From the human T2T-CHM13v2.0 reference genome, Homo sapiens, in NCBI RefSeq assembly GCF_009914755.1, contig NC_060936.1: a stretch of DNA of 64,000 nucleotides; one strand, 5' to 3'. Below the pieces are notes generated by a model. The model had not been told where the DNA came from and ran no database searches. It saw only the letters and a list, made by a program, of their open reading frames with translations. Of the stretch, positions 26,646 through 40,275 are shown piece after piece. The position numbers and the translations under genes were made by a program. The stretch's first letter is position 1; the number at the start of each line of letters is the position of its first letter.

Positions 26646-27432
26646 TGGGGGATATATACATGCTGGGTTTCCTCTATTCTGAATCAGAATCTTTGGGAAT
26701 ATTAAAACCCTAAAAGTCAAAAAACAATTAGAGAGCAAAGGCATCCTATGCACTAGAATTTGAATTTCTATTTTGACTAGGGGCGAAATGATGCTACATT
26801 AGCCAGAGCAGCGATTGTGTGCAGAGCAAGATGCATTTCACGTTTTCGTGTTTATTGAGTTGTTGAACAATGGTTAGGAGCACAGGGGTGAGATGTTAGG
26901 AATGCCCTTCTGAGTGGAGAGAAAACTGAAACTCAGAGAAGAAAGGTGAGGTATCCAGGCTCACATAAGCCGTCAGCATCCACAGCGAGATGAAAACCCG
27001 AGAATACAGCTCAGGGCTTTTTCACAATATCACGGTGGGTCCCACACATGAACAACTGGGAAATCTAAGGTTTGCTGCGCCCCTCAGTGTTCTCAGATAT
27101 CAAATGACAGGTGATGCAATACAAAATAAAGTCAATGAGAAAGACCTCCAACTAAGGAAGCAGCCAGGTCAAAATGATGGAAGTTCAGAAGCAGCCGGAT
27201 TGCCAGGGAAAAGGAGATGCAGATGCCCGAAACTCCACCAAACACTCTTCCTGCTTGCAGAGACGCAGCCAGAGCAACAATGCAGTCAACGCTCCTAAGG
27301 AAGGCAGCTCACTCTCTCATCGGATCTGCTTGGCGCTACATATGGAGTCTAAGAAGACCCTCTTACCACCTGGAACACATGAAGATGCTTTGCAGAAGGA
27401 TAGTGGAATGTAGGCCCTCAATCCCCTAGACC

Positions 27433-27607
27433 CTTTCTTATGATTTTCCGAGCGTTCTCTTTTCTCTAGCTTACTTGATTCTAAGAATACAGTATCTAAT
27501 ACATATAACATACGAAATATGTTAACTGGCTGTTTTTGTTACTGGTGAGGCTACCCATCAACAGTAGGCTATTAGTAATTAAGTTTTGGAGGAGTCAAAA
27601 GTCATTC
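27433..27607 (-). repeat. 175-bp inverted duplicate of 28658-28832 (Tigger2-derived)
   Basis: Reverse-complement match, 4 mismatches in 175 by hand, no TIR or TA TSD. Confidence 0.95.
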
Positions 27608-28440
27608 CGCCGGTCCTGCTCAGCATGGCTGATGGCACCTGCGTTATTATGGCTCCCCAGCGGCTGTCTGCTGAAATAATTTATTGCCACTCGCTTGCAT
27701 GCTGGTGTTAGACATCTCTCACTAAATAATGTGAAGATATCCTTGACTGCAATGGTCAAACCTGAAGTGATTACCGGGGCCGGTTGGTAAGGTAAACAAA
27801 CCGGGTATCAAAGAGAAGGCAGTGAGCGCTGCGTCCATGTGCCAGACTGAGAAGTCCTGCCTTGCTAAAATCCGTAAATGCCAGAAAGCTCAGACCAATT
27901 GCTACCAAGGGGAAACGCGGGCCTAGTGGTCAGATTGGACTTTTTAATGAAAGACAAAAATTCCGTTTTTCTGGAATGAATTTTTTCTGGAATGAAACCT
28001 GTAGATTTGTGGATGGTTAATTCAATTATGTCTGCAGATAGATACATTTTAAGTATTTTCCAGGCCAGTCCTCACATGTGGGAGCCAATTTCGGCCCATG
28101 CGTCTTTGCATGCAAGCTCCGCTTTCTCTTTGCATACCCTCTACCTACACTGACCATCTCCGCGATAATGCTGCCCGAAAAATTAACTCCAAATGGTGTG
28201 GGTTGAAACTGTAGCAATTTCTTCTTAAGTGTTGCTTGGGTTTTTCTTACTATAACGTTTTACAATTAATAATTATCTGGATTTGTAATTAAAATAGATT
28301 CACAGAATGAGCTCCATGAAAATGGTGACTGTATCAGGGTTCTCCAGAGAAACAGAACAACAGAATATATATATGTATATATTTGTATATGTGTGTCTAT
28401 ACGTATGTGTATAGGTGTGTATAAACATATATGCATACAT

Positions 28441-28520
28441 ATGTGTACATATATCTGTTTACATAAATATATACACATATATGTGTACATATATCTGTTT
28501 ACATAAATATATACACATAT
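28441..28520. repeat. Perfect 40-bp tandem duplication in TA/CA-rich microsatellite
   Basis: atgtgtacatatatctgtttacataaatatatacacatat x2. Confidence 0.95.
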
Positions 28521-28591
28521 ATATGTGTAGGTGTAGCTACACAAATATGTGGAATACATATTATACACACACACACACACACATATATATG

Positions 28592-29764
28592 CAGTTGACT
28601 TGAAACAGCTCAGAGGTTAGGGGTGCCAACCCAAACTCCCCACATTCAAAAATCTGTGAATAACTTTTGACTCCTCCAAAACTTAATTACTAATAGCCTA
28701 CTGTTGATGGGTAGCCTCACCAGTAACAAAAACAGCCAATTAACATATTTTGTATGTTATATGTATTAGATACTGTATTCTTAGAATCAAGTAGGCTAGA
28801 GAAAAGAGAACGCTCGGAAAATCATAAGAAAGAGAAAACACATTTCCAGCACTTTGCAGTATTTATCGATACTGTACGTTTGTGTCGTTTGTTTACAAGA
28901 TGAATTGTCTGTCTGAAATAGTGGCAACCATGGCTGCAGACCTCAGTCTACAGCACATCCCAAGCAGTTCACCTTTCTCTTGCAATGTCATAACTTTTCT
29001 CTGCTTCTTGGAAGCACTTCCAGCATCACTAGTGGCACTCTGTATGGGCCCCATGGTGTCACCGAAGGTTTACAGTATTGCACTAAACACAACGAAAAAT
29101 ACTTGAGAACCACTAGAGATCACTTTTTATTGTGATATGCAATTTACTGGAGATGAACTGCCCATGCCAAGATGGCTAGCAGCACACAGGGATTTAAGCA
29201 GATACTCACAACTCTCAGGCTTGCCAAAACAGCAGCAGGAGGCACCCACAAAATTACTACAGTAGTGCAGTGTATGCTGCAGTTAACTTTATGCAGTTGT
29301 GATATGTATTTCTATGTATATCCTCTTGGTTCTGTTTTTCTAGAGAACCTTGAAATACATACAATTATATATATATAATTATATAAATATATATCTATAT
29401 TTATATAAATAAAATAGAAATATTCAACACTGCATCTTTACATTTGTTTACATTTCTTTTGACTATAAATGACACTGTGAAGGTCTGCCAGTGTATGCAA
29501 AAGTTTTGATAAATGTTGACTTTTTATATTAGATTTGTATAATTTTGTGGCAGTAAATACTGAAAAGAGACTAGTATCTGCATATATTATTTGCATTCAT
29601 GACATACCTAACGTTCAGTTTTTGATATTTGCAGGCCACAAGGTTCATGTGCAACTTTTTTCAATTTGTCTCAAATGTTCAAAAAATTTCCACTATGTTT
29701 ATTTTTAAAAATCTGCATGAGTGTACCCATGAAGTTTCAAACTGTGTTGTTCAAAGGTCACCTC
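28592..29764 (+). mobile_element. Tigger2-family non-autonomous DNA transposon
   Basis: TIRs cagttgac.ttgaaaca / tgttgttcaaaggtca; ataacttttgactcc.ccaaaacttaa motif; interrupted at 29304-29421. Confidence 0.88.
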
Positions 29765-29792
29765 TGTGTGTGTGTGTCTGTAGAGAGAGAGA

Positions 29793-30367
29793 ATAGTTAA
29801 TCGTATGTGTCAATTTGACTGAGCTAAGGGATACTCAGATAGCTGATAAAACATTAATTCTGGATGTGTCTGTGAAGGTGTTTACAAGCTGGAGAGATTA
29901 GCATTTGAATCAGCAGACAGAGTAAAGAACATCATCCTCGCCAATTCACCATCCAATCTGTTGAGGGCCAACGCAGAAGAAAAAGGCAGACGAAGGGTCC
30001 ATTTTCTCTCTCTCTCTCTTCTTGAGCTGGGACATCTGTTTTCTCCTGTCTTTGGACATTGAAGCTTTTGGTTCTCAGGTCTTCAGATTCCAGAACTTGG
30101 ACCGGTGCATCCTCTTCTCCCCCCTTCCTCAGTCCTCGAGCCTTCGGTCTCAGGCTGGGAGTTACATCAGCAGCCCTCTTAGCTCTCAGGCCTTCGGACT
30201 CAGAATGAATGCACCCCAGGCTTCCCCGGGGCCCCAGCTTGCAAGTGGTAGATTGTGGGACTTCTCAACCAACATGATCATATGAGACAATTTCGTAATA
30301 AATTACCTCTCATATTTCTATGTATATCTGATTGGTTCTGTTTTTCTGGAGAACGCTGAGTAATACA
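29793..30367 (+). mobile_element. MLT2 (B/C/D-like) LTR, inner element
   Basis: gttaatcgtatgtgtcaatttgactgagctaaggg start; ttggttctgtttttctggagaac...taataca end. Confidence 0.85.
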
Positions 30368-30369
30368 AT

Positions 30370-30371
<2 letters not shown>

Positions 30372-30413
<42 letters not shown>

Positions 30414-30530
30414 TGTATATATATATGACTAATAATATTATATATAGGGGATAATAAAATTATATATCTATTATACAATACACATGCGCACACACACACA
30501 TACACATATATGTGTACGTATATATATAAA
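30372..30530. repeat. (TG)n/(TA)n/(CA)n compound microsatellite
   Basis: ~16 perfect TG units followed by TA/CA tracts. Confidence 0.95.
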
Positions 30531-31282
30531 TGAAGAGATTTATTATGCAGTATTGGCATATTGGCCCACACAATATGGAGGCTGTTACATCCTACAATCT
30601 ATACCATCTGCAAGCTGGTGACCCAGGAAAGGTGGTGATATCACGTGAAGGCCAGAGAACTGGGGAGCTAATGGTGTCGTTTCTGGGCTGGGTCTGAAGG
30701 TCTGAGAACCAAGAGTGATGAGGGCAGGAGACGACTGATGTTCCACTTAAGCAACTGGTCAGAGTTAATTCAACCTTCCTCAATCTCTAGTTCTATTCAG
30801 ACCTTCAACGGGTTGGAGCATACTCACCCACTTTGCTGACAGGAGATCTCTACTCAGTCCACTGATTCAAATGCTCATCTCTCCCAGAAAAACCCACACA
30901 GACACACCTAGAAATAATATTTAACCAGCTATCTGGGCATCCCACGGTCCAGTCATGTTAACACATCAAAAATTAACCATCACAGGGACTTGGTCTTATT
31001 ACCATTGAAGGCTCACTATCCAGAAAAGTACTTGGTAGTAGGTGTTAAATATTTGTTGAAATAAATAAATGAATGAATCCCTCTTTAATATTAAAAACAA
31101 TTTTCCAAGGGAAAAATGCTTTTGAACGATGAATGCTGATCCTATCCTATTAGATGCCTTTTGTAAAGAGAGAAACATTGAATGTATGGGCAATATTGCC
31201 ACAAGAGAAAGTTGAAATCTCAATGAAACCTACCTTCTTTCACCTATCCTTAGAATTTACACAGATTTTTGTTTTTAGTTAG

Positions 31283-31836
31283 TGTATTAGTCAGGGTTCT
31301 CTACAGGGACGAAACTAATCAGATATACGTATATATGGAAGGGAGTTTATGAAGGAGAACTGACTTACACAACCACAAGGTGAAGTCCCATGATAGACTA
31401 TCTGCAAGCTGAGGAGCAAAGAGGCCAGTGGTGGCTCAGTCTGAGTCCCAAAGCCTCAAAAGTGGAGAAACCGACATTGCATCCTCTAGTCTGTGGCTAA
31501 AGGCCTGAGAGCCCCTGGCAAACCAGTGGTGTAAATCCAAGAGTCCAAAAGCCAAAGACCCTGGAGTCTGATGTTCGAGGGCAGGAAGCATCCAACACGG
31601 GAGAAAGATGAAGGCTGGAAGACTCATAAATCTGCTCCTTCTATCTTCTTCTGCCTGCTTTTTCTAGCCATGCTGGCAGTCGAATGGATGGTGCCCACCC
31701 ACATTAATGGTGGGTCTTCCTCTCCCAGTCCACTGACTCAAATATCAATCTCCTCTGGCAACATCCAGAAACACCCGGAAGCAATACTTTACATCATTCA
31801 ATTCAATCAAGTTGACACTCAATATTAACCATCACA
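31283..31836 (-). mobile_element. MLT2A-like HERV-L solo LTR
   Basis: tgtattagtcagggttctct...cacaaggtgaagtccca...tattaaccatcaca. Confidence 0.88.
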
Positions 31837-32525
31837 ATGAGAGACACATAAGCCTGGATTCTGCCAAAGGGAAAGCCTACGGTAAAGTTGGGTATGAGTG
31901 GTTTATTTGGAAATGTGATCTCAGGGTGCAGGAGGGAGAGGGACTAGCAAGAGCAGAGGAAGAGGGACAATAAAGACAAGACGCATCATCACATTGACCA
32001 TCCAAAGAGGTAAGTGGCTACTTGGCCCATGGTACTTCCCAATAGGCCTTAAGGGGTCAGTGCAGAGCTGCCCACTTGAGGAACGAAAGGAAGGGAGGTT
32101 TATCTCTTGGCTCCAGCTCCCCAGTTAGTCAAGGTTGTCCCAGGAAGCACTTACTCCTCCACCTTTCTGGGATGCAAACACCTTTTCTTCAAGGTGAAAA
32201 AAACTCGGGTCGAAAATAAGACACACAGCCTAAGTGAAATGTGAAGCCATCAGATTACACCTGCACCCATCCAGCTGAAGCCTGTACAGGACTGGTCACC
32301 ACATCCACGCCTGCATTCGAGTTGAAATCGAGAGAACTTGAAATAGTGCCCAAAGGTGTCCAACATGAATGTCTTGTGTTATTAAAGAAAGTTCCCCACA
32401 TAAAATGTTGGAGGAAGGTTTGGTGGAATCTACAGTCATCTTCATTTAGTAACAGATGTCTACATCTTTTTAGTATCATCTTAAAAACCTACAGAAACAA
32501 ATACTGAGATCCCTTTAAAAATCAC

Positions 32526-32753
<228 letters not shown>

Positions 32754-32956
32754 TTATCCTGTTAGTGTAAATTAGATTGACATAGTTCATCACTGATATT
32801 CAGAAATTTCAAATCATGGGCAGGAGTCTGATATGGAACTCTATACCTCCAAATTGACATCAGATAATGATTAATGATTTATAGTGATAGCCATCAATTG
32901 TACCAGTTTTCTCAATTGGCATTACTCTGCAATGCACGGACAACATTACTGGCAAA

Positions 32957-33892
32957 TGCTGTAGTTTCTATATCTGACCCTCCAAACTTCATGTTGAAAT
33001 TTGATCTGCAATGTTGGAGGTCAGGCCTGCCGGCAGGGGTCATGGTGGCTTGGTGTCATCCTTGCAGTATTGAGTGAGTTCTCCCTCTATTAGTTCCCTC
33101 GAGAGTTCTTTCTAGAGATGGTTTCTTAGCAACTTTTTCTCTTGCTTCCTCTCTTGCCCACGTGATCTCTGCACAGCCAGCTCTCCTTTTCCTTCGGCCA
33201 TGAGTGAAAGCCACCTGAAGTCCTCACCAGAAGCAGACGTTGGCACCATGCTTCTTGCAAAGCCTGCAGAACCATGAGCCAAGTGTACTAGGGTTCTCTA
33301 GAGGGACACGACTAATAGGATAGATGTATATCTGGAAGGGAGTTTATTAAGGAGTATTGACTCACATGATCACAAGGTGAAGTCCCACCATAGGCCGTCT
33401 GGAAGCTGAGGAGCCAGGAAGCCAGTCTGAGTCCCAAAACCTGAAAATTAGGGAAGCCGACAGTGCAGCCTTCAGTCTGTGGCCAAAGGCCTGAGAGCCC
33501 CTGGCAAACTACTAGTGTAGGTCCAAGAGTCCAAAAGCTGAAGAACATGCAGCCTGATGTTTAAGGTCAGGAAGCATCCAGCATGGGAGAAAGATGAGGT
33601 AGAAGACTCAGCAAGTTGGCTTTTCCCACCTTCTTCCATCTGCTTTATCCTAGCCGAGCTGGCAGCTGATTGGATGGTGTCACCCAGACTGAGCGTGGGT
33701 CTGCCTCTCCTAGTCCATTGACTCAAATGTCAATCTCCTTTGGTAATGCCCTCACAGACACACCCAGGGACAATACTTTGCATCCTTCAATCCAATGACG
33801 TTGGCAATATTAACCATCACACCAAGTAAACTTCTTTCTTTATAAATTACCCTGCCACAGGTACTCCTTTATAACACACGCAGACTGAGACA
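32957..33892 (+). mobile_element. MST-family MaLR LTR interrupted by MLT2A
   Basis: tgctgtagttt...tcatgttgaaatttgatc start; cctgcagaaccatgagccaag|taaacttctttctttataaattacc...gactgagaca. Confidence 0.82.
33284..33821 (-). mobile_element. MLT2A-like HERV-L solo LTR
   Basis: gggttctctagagggac...attaaccatcaca; perfect TSD ccaag (33279-33283/33822-33826). Confidence 0.9.
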
Positions 33893-34552
33893 GTCAAAAA
33901 CAGACTTCGTTTGAACATGATTTGCAAGTCATCCCATTTGCCCAGAACACCATCACTACCCACAGCATGTTTAACACTGAGAGCATCAATGAGATACAGC
34001 AGGTACAGACGGGAGGGTCAGTATCAGCTGTGCTATGCCAAAGAGAGTTGAGGTTTTCTCTGGTTTTATTTCCCGTCTTGATGAAACACGTCTGCTTTTT
34101 ACATTGTGTCAGAACAATGACTTACACATCACAGTCCACATGGCCGATCCCATGTATTTTTGACACTGTGATCACAATTTTGACAGCATCCCAAGTCCCT
34201 TTTCCTTCCAGATGTTTTGGGAGCACGTAGATGCTGTACTTCTCTCAACGTTGTTGGGTATTTGGCTTGTTTCTGTTTTAATCAGCCATGCTGCAGTGGA
34301 ACTCATCTGACACTTAGTTTACTTCGGAGTGTGGTCCTGGTACTTACCCCCCAGAGATGGGGTCACAGACCCAGGGTTACAAGTAACTCTATTGCTCTCA
34401 ATGCAGAGTGTCAGGCACTGGAAACGTATGCACACTCACCCATTTCACTGCTGAGTATCTCTGAGGCAGGGGGTGATGAGCTCTGCCTTGAGGGCTGGCT
34501 GCTGGGGTTTGTACATTAGCTTAGTACTTCCTAGTGTTGAGAACTTAGGTAA

Positions 34553-35085
<533 letters not shown>

Positions 35086-35219
35086 CTGAGACTCATTTTG
35101 ATCATCTACAGAATGAATGGGAATAATTTAAAAGAGGTTTTAGGAGATTGTGTCCATATGAAACATTTAGAATAATTCTTGGCACGTGGTAAGCCTCAAA
35201 AAAATGTTCATCGTGGCTA

Positions 35220-35480
35220 TGTACTCTATGATTACCTTAACTTGATGGTCTAGAAATGGCAAAACTATAGTGATGGGAAGCAGATCATTGGCTGCCTGTG
35301 GTCTAGTGGAGAGGGAGGGAGGTGAGGATTTCACTAAGGAATGACAACATGAAGGAAGTTTTAGGATGATAAAATGTTTCGTGTATTGATGGTGGCAGGT
35401 ACAGAAATCTGTGCATTTGTCAAAACTCACAGAACTATACACCACAATGGGTGACGTTGACTCTTTGTAAACTAAAATCT
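35220..35480 (+). mobile_element. Old L1M 3' fragment
   Basis: ctagaaatggcaaaactatagtgatgg...catttgtcaaaactcacagaactatacac. Confidence 0.7.
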
Positions 35481-36919
35481 GAATTTTAAAATGGTAGTTT
35501 GCTTTTGTAGCTGAAACAAGCAGTCATCATTCTAGGCACTGCGGGTGAGAGGTAAACACACATGCTTCCACAGAGCTTGCACTCCAGTGAGAACAGACCA
35601 ACAAACAAGATGAATGCTATGAAGAAAATAACCTGCGCTATGAGGATAGAGAAAGACCCGTGGGGGGTGAGCTTGCCTTAGACAGAGGAATGAGGCGGGT
35701 CTGTCTGAGCAAAGAATCCCTTGGAGACATAAATGGCGAGAAAGCATCACCCAAGTGCAGAATCGGGAAAAGGATGTAGCAGCTTCATAGGCTGTTCACC
35801 AACACACTGAGTGTTTTCATTTAATTATTTATTTCCTGATTCAACGGACCAAAGGGAAAAAAGGTAGTTTGTCAACCTCTTTGATTATTAGTTGATCAGA
35901 GTATTCTTACAAATTTTCTCTTTTATAAATAAATATTTCGGTTTCTGAAACCTGTGAGCCTTTTGTTCAATAGGAAACAGTTAATTTTTTTATTAGACCT
36001 CCAGTTAAACATGCCTCAAAAGTTAGAAATTTTAAATCACACTGTGTAGTAATAGAAAGAAAAGGCTAATAAATAGTTGGTCACAATTCATTCCTACTTT
36101 GAAAGCTTTTGATTGCTATAGTTTTTGCTGAAGGAGTACAAGGTGAAAAAAAAAATGAAGTTGTCAAAAAGTTTCAAAGAATAGTAAGATCTTTCTTCCT
36201 CTTCCACCCAGTATCTCCCCAGATGCAATTTCTGTCTCTAGTGTATTGCTAATATAAGTGATAGATTTCTCTTATTTTCAGTACTAATGTTTTTACCTAA
36301 TAGCAAACCCTAGTGATTGATACAGATTGTTCATACTGCTTCTTGCTTAAAAGAATAGCCTCCTTTCCACTCTTTCTATGCAAGAGGCATAATTTGCCAC
36401 TTTCACGACCTTCGAGCATGGCTATATGACTTCCTTTGGCCTCATGGTGGGTGGGAGTTACTCCCCCTCCCTTTGACTTTAGGCTCAGCCATGTGACTTG
36501 CTTTGGCCTCTGGTTCGTGGCAAGCATGAAGCAAGCCACCCGGAGACAGGCTGGGGTGGATGGAATTGCTTTATCGCACCTCTGCCATCCCAACGGAGAG
36601 CACTTCTTAGCTGGCCCATTGCTCTAAAGAGGACGAAGGAACCAGATGGCCTAGACTAAGCTCCACAGGGCTTGGCTTCAACCTGTGGGTTGGAAACACT
36701 GCATTATTTGAAAGGACATTCTTAGTCTAGGAAAGACTGGCATGTTCTCAGACAGTGTTAAAAAGATCTCCAGCCATTCAATCATACATAATGAAATTAC
36801 CGATGGAAAGAAAGAATGGCTCCACATGTGTTCATATGCTAGCAAAAGAGAGGGGAATCTCTCTCATGTGGCAACAGGAGAGTGGGGACAGAGCCAGCAT
36901 GGGGTGTTGCATGTGGAGT

Positions 36920-37110
36920 CTGCTTTAAATCTGAGAGACTCTGAGCTACTTATTTAAAGTGTATGTGGCAGTTTCCTCGATTGCAAAATGAAGAAAATAC
37001 TAGTATCACTGAGGTATGGATTTGAGAATTAAAGAAATGGATACAAATAAAGTCACTAAAACAGTGCTGACATATAACACTGATCAATACACAGTGTCTT
37101 CATTATCATT
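36920..37110 (+). mobile_element. MIR remnant
   Basis: cagtttcctcgattgcaaaatgaagaaaatactagtatc...tgagaattaaagaaat. Confidence 0.6.
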
Positions 37111-37699
37111 TTCATTAGGAATTAAGGAGAGGCAATGGCATTTCATCCATATTAAGGAAACAAATGAAATCATCAGAATGGTAGAAAAATTTAAAACATA
37201 TGTTATTAAGGGAAAAAGCCAAGAGTGTTACATACACACTGTCATGCCCATGTTCTACATAGCCAAGGACGCCCACATTCTACATAGCAGGGATGAGGTT
37301 TTGTGAGGAAGAGAAAGAAGGTGGCCACACACTCAAAACCACCCATTTGTTTTGGAGGCACAATTCAGGAATCTGCAGAGAAGATCAGCAATTTTTCAAC
37401 ACATTTGAAAGTGGAGCAGCCGCAGGGCTGGCAGGAGCGCTGTCATTGGTTGGCTGCGTGTGGGCCGCGCGTTCCATGCGTTATTAACCGTAACTGAGGC
37501 ACTTGTGGAGATTATTGGCATGTAAGGAGCTGTCTCAAATGATTCCTCAAATGCACAAATGACTGGACAGTTGTGTGATTTGCTGACATGGATTTCCAAG
37601 TTTGATTTTTCAAAATTTCATTAATTTTTATCACATGTTAAATGTTCCCGGAATTCTTTCAAAGGGATTTCAAATTGGCCATTTTAGAAGCATCTAGCA

Positions 37700-38900
37700 C
37701 AAAGATGAGAAATATAAAAAGATTGATATTTCCTCAAAATGAAAGTATCATATAATGCATTTCCAATCAAAATACCAATGAGATATGCATGCATGTGTGT
37801 GTGTGTGTGTGTGTGTGTCTGTGTGTGTGTGAGGGGGTATATCTTGATAAATTTTAAAAATAATTTTGCAAGAGGAAAGCGAAAAATATTTGGGAGGGGG
37901 AAAAGAAAAACATAATAGAGAAAGATTCATCCTATTATATGTCAAAATGCACTGCAGAATTGTAATAATAATAATTAAAGGAGAATTGTGCTGAAATAAG
38001 AATAGACAAATAGTTCTTTGGAATAAAATAGAGGGTCTAGCAGCAGAACCAGGCACACATTGTACTGTGACAGAGACACGGCTATGTGTTCACCTTAGTT
38101 CTTCCTGCCTCCATTCACAGGACTACGAAAGCTCCCAGCCTCCTCTGCAGTTAGGTTGGGGACGTCCAGCTGAGTTTTGCCTCCTGAATGTGATGGGAAT
38201 CATGTAAGCCTCCTCCAGCCTTAGACCTTATAGTCACGACTTCCATCCTGTGGCCAACTTCAAGGCCACCTTCAAGGCCACCTTCAAGGCCATCTGCCAC
38301 AGATAGAATAACATTAAGATGAAACTGTGACCTATCTTAGATTGTGCTTGTGGGACAAATTCAGGGTGTTTTTGGCTATAGTGTCTTAGTCACTTTAGGC
38401 TGCTAACACAATGTATCCCAGACTGGGTGGCTTACAAACAACAGAGATTGACTCCTCACACTTCCGGAGCCTGTGAGTCTGAGATCAGGGTGCCAGCGTG
38501 GTCGGGTTCTAGGAGAGCCCTCTACCAGGCTGTAGACAACTGATTTCTCATTGAATGCTCATGTGGCAAGGAGAAGAGAACTCTCTGAGCTACACCGGGC
38601 ACTAATCCCATTCCTGAGGGCTCCACCCTCATAACCCATCTCCCAAAGTCCCACCTCCTAATAAGTGACGTGGAGTTAGAATTTCAACATATGAACCTGG
38701 GAGTGAACGTTCAGTCCATGATACACACCAATGATCTTCAAGGCTTATTTGTTACAATACCATAGCCTAGCCTATCTTGACTAATGCAGGTACATAACAT
38801 GATGAAGGTGGCATTCCAAATCAATAGGGAAAGGATAGAAGACTCAGTAAATGGCTATACATGTTAAAAATAAGAAAATATGAGATAGATACCATGAACC
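37700..38900 (+). mobile_element. Ancient L1M ORF2-region fragment interrupted by (TG)n and MLT1 LTRs
   Basis: aatgcatttccaatcaaaatacc; aatagacaaatag...tggaataaaatagagggtctag; tgatgaaggtggcattccaaatcaataggga. Confidence 0.55.
38382..38723 (-). mobile_element. MLT1A/A0-like MaLR LTR nested in an older MLT1
   Basis: tgtcttagtc...gactgggtggcttacaaacaacaga...gagatcagggtgccagc...gagggctccaccctcat. Confidence 0.8.
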
Positions 38901-39076
38901 ATAAACAAAGCCCACTGGCTTCACACAGTCAAAATACATTAATCCCTCACAACACAGTAGGATATAGGTGTAAAGGCCATAAAATAAGTTGGAAAATGCT
39001 AATAAAAAATCAAATGAAATAAAAAATGTAAAAATAGCATGTGCATAGCAATTTCAGCTAGAGCAAAACATATCAC

Positions 39077-39532
39077 TACAGCACTACTCACAACAGCGAA
39101 GACATGGAATCAACCTTACATGCCCATCAATGATAGATGGGATAAAAAAAATGTGGTACATATACACCATGGAATACTATGCAGCCATAAAAAAGAATGA
39201 GATCATGTCCTTTAGAGGGACATGGATGGAGATAGAGGCCATTATCCTCAGCAAACTAATGCCAGGAACAGAAAATTAAATTCCACATGTTCTCACTTAT
39301 AAGTAGAAGCTAAATGATGAGAAAACATGGGCACGTAGAGGGTAAGGATACACACTGGGCCTATGTGAGGGTGGAAGGTGGGAAGAGGGAGAGGATCAGG
39401 AAAAATAACTAATGGGTACTAGGCTCATTTCCTGGGTGATGAACTAATTCGTACAACAAACCCCCATGACACGAGTTTACCTATGTAACACAACTGCACA
39501 TGTACCCCTGAACTTAAAAGTTAAAAAAAAAA
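39077..39532 (+). mobile_element. L1PA13-16-like 3' end
   Basis: atgtggtacatatacaccatggaatactatgcagcc; gaggatcaggaaaaataactaatgggtactagg; A tail. Confidence 0.9.
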
Positions 39533-39801
39533 CTCGCTCCAGAGCCCTCAGGAAATGCATTCCCAAAGCTGTAAATATGGAACGGTTTGTACTTATGCAG
39601 ATGCCTAGCTTTCTCCTGAGTCACATTTCCATTAAAATTCAAACGTGACACCTTGACATTCACCTTAGGCCTTCTCGGCTCTCACCATCCCTATTCAATG
39701 GGCAGTTTCCACAAAGGAGCCGTATTTGTGTCACCACAAAGTATGACAACAAAACAAACAACAAAACATACCTTCAGTGAGATCAGGATGCTGGCCAGGG
39801 G

Positions 39802-40275
39802 GTATATTATTCTCCTATTGATGATATAAAAAATAAAATCGCACGCTTGGTGCCTCAAACCAACAGCAATTAACCACGTTATAGCTCTGAAGGTCAGAAG
39901 TTCAAGATGAGTCTCAGTAGATTGGAATCCTGGTGCAGACAGACCTGAGCTCCTCCTGGAGACACCGGGGAAGAGCCACTTCCTCACCCTTCATGGCTTC
40001 TGATGGCTGCCCAGACTCCTTGGCTGGTGGCCCCATATCACTCAGACAACTTGCCTTATTAGTCTCCATCTCTTACTCTGACCCTACTATTTCCCTTCTG
40101 TAAAAATGCTTGTGATTTCTGTGGATTTACATAAATCATTCAGAAAAGTTCCATATATCAAGATCATTCGCTTAATTCCATATTCAAAGTTCCTTTCACT
40201 ACCTAAAGCAGCACATCTACAGATTCTATAGGTTAAGCCACAGTCTTCTTTGAGGGGCTCTTTTCAGCCCTCACA
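39802..40275 (-). mobile_element. MLT1C/D-like MaLR LTR
   Basis: agctctgaaggtcagaagttcaagatgagtctca; ctccttggctggtggccc. Confidence 0.6.

Larger units (their letters stand above)
28330..30984 (-). mobile_element. MLT2 (HERV-L) LTR, outer element hosting Tigger2 and a second MLT2
   Basis: tgtatcagggttctccagagaaacagaa start; resumes gagatttattat near 30535; ends aattaaccatcaca; TSD gtgac/gggac. Confidence 0.8.

Noticed and set aside
28266-28603. Y/I/C/H-rich ORFs (also 30278, 48212, 57465)
   Set aside because: Dinucleotide microsatellite translations
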